DNA from: Candidatus Woesearchaeota archaeon
Lineage (GTDB): Archaea; Nanobdellota; Nanobdellia; SCGC-AAA011-G17; JAGVZY01
Assembly (NCBI GenBank): GCA_018302225.1
Contig: JAGVZY010000011.1
Span: 207-64,206 of the forward strand
Direction of reading: 5' to 3'
DNA: 64,000 bases
Part shown: positions 63,141-64,000 of the stretch, piece by piece
Position numbering within the stretch: position 1 is the stretch's first letter
Layout: the number at the start of each line of letters is the position of its first letter
The notes under the pieces: generated by a model
What the model was told of the DNA's origin: nothing
Database searches by the model: none
The model's input: only the letters and a program-made list of their open reading frames with translations
Program-made: the position numbers and the translations under genes

Positions 63141-63794
63141 ATGACACTCTTATGTGGGATTGATTGGGCGGGTCGTGGTCCTGTAATCGGTCCCATGGTT
63201 ATGGCAGGAGTATTAGTAGAAGAATCTGATTTATCTAAATTAAAGTCCATTGGAGTAAAAGATTCTAAGCTTCTCACACCAAAAAAAAGAATTCAGCTCT
63301 TTGATGAAGTCATAAAAATAGTAAAAGATTATAAAATTATAGTAATTCAACCAGCAGAAATTGATGCAGCTCTAGCATCAGAAGAATTAAATCTGAATTG
63401 GTTAGAAGCAATAAAATCAACAGAAATTTTAAATTTATTAAATCCAGATACAGCACATATAGACTGTCCAAGTAATAATATAGAAGCATACACTTTATAC
63501 TTAAGGGAAAAATTAGAAAATCCAAAAATGAATTTAAAAGTAGAGCACAAAGCAGATTTAAGTTATGTTCATGTTGGTGCAGCTTCTATACTTGCAAAAG
63601 TAACAAGAGACAGAATTATAGATGAATTAAAAGAACTATATGGGGACTTTGGCTCAGGTTATATGACTGATTCTAAAACAAAATCATTCTTAGAAAAGCA
63701 CTATAAAAAACACAAAGAAATCTTTAGACAAGGTTGGGCATCATTTAAAACAGCAAGTGATGCTAAAAACCAAAAAAGACTTGGTGAATTCTAA
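63141..63794 (+). CDS. rnhB: Ribonuclease HII (type 2 RNase H) with Trp in place of the catalytic Glu in the GIDEAGRG motif
   Basis: Collinear with archaeal RNase HII throughout (GID[W]AGRGPVIGP, DSKLLTPKKR, HID, HKAD, AASILAKVTRDR, GSGY). The first motif reads GAT TGG GCG, i.e. D-W-A. Confidence 0.75.
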   Translation: MTLLCGIDWAGRGPVIGPMVMAGVLVEESDLSKLKSIGVKDSKLLTPKKRIQLFDEVIKIVKDYKIIVIQPAEIDAALASEELNLNWLEAIKSTEILNLLNPDTAHIDCPSNNIEAYTLYLREKLENPKMNLKVEHKADLSYVHVGAASILAKVTRDRIIDELKELYGDFGSGYMTDSKTKSFLEKHYKKHKEIFRQGWASFKTASDAKNQKRLGEF

Positions 63795-63924
63795 AGATAA
63801 GCTTATTGGGGCATTTAAACTACAAAATAAAGCCAAAAGATTTAAATATGCCCTTCTACGAATTTAAATTGTAATTTATGCATAAATCTAAAAAAAGAAG
63901 CTTAAACAAAGAGAGGTATGAATT

Positions 63925-64000
63925 GTGACTGTAATTAAAAGTATAAAATTTAAAGGTTTCAAATCTTTTGCAAAACCTATAGAAATTCTATTTAATAATG
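63925..64000 (+). CDS. smc: SMC (structural maintenance of chromosomes) protein, N-terminal 25 codons, 3'-partial at the window end
   Basis: A GTG start is preceded by GAGAGG. (M)TVIKSIKFKGFKSFAKPIEILFNN matches the conserved SMC N-terminus. Confidence 0.45.
   Translation, partial: MTVIKSIKFKGFKSFAKPIEILFNN

Overview
This window is an AT-rich (~28-30% GC by eye) archaeal chromosomal segment with compact gene packing. Shine-Dalgarno-led and leaderless genes are mixed. The organism is archaeal because the housekeeping genes are archaeal-type: PheS/PheT, TrpRS, aIF2-gamma, S6e, aIF5B, archaeal DnaG primase, a TFB cyclin-core protein, Mre11/Rad50, RNase J, RNase HII, an SMC N-terminus and a Dph2 fragment. 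DNA gyrase (gyrB carrying an HNH-type intein, and gyrA) is also present, which is consistent with, but does not prove, a DPANN-like lineage. Accessory content sits between the housekeeping blocks. A Fic gene is bracketed by GTAACCCC repeats. Two HEPN genes are arranged divergently. An AbrB/RelE toxin-antitoxin pair is present. A tandem pair of uncharacterized HExxH paralogs is followed by membrane proteins; this is the best candidate for a novel system. A region of clearly higher GC (42.7-46.4 kb) with strong SD sites encodes NfeD/flotillin/PspA. Two giant divergent surface proteins are encoded at 55.5-63.1 kb. Other oddities are a Dph2 N-terminal fragment (apparent decay of diphthamide synthesis), an RNase HII whose catalytic Glu reads as Trp, a TFB without its Zn-ribbon, a conserved hairpin element 3' of two minus-strand genes, and a 1.1-kb stretch without long ORFs. 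No rRNA, tRNA or CRISPR array was recognised.
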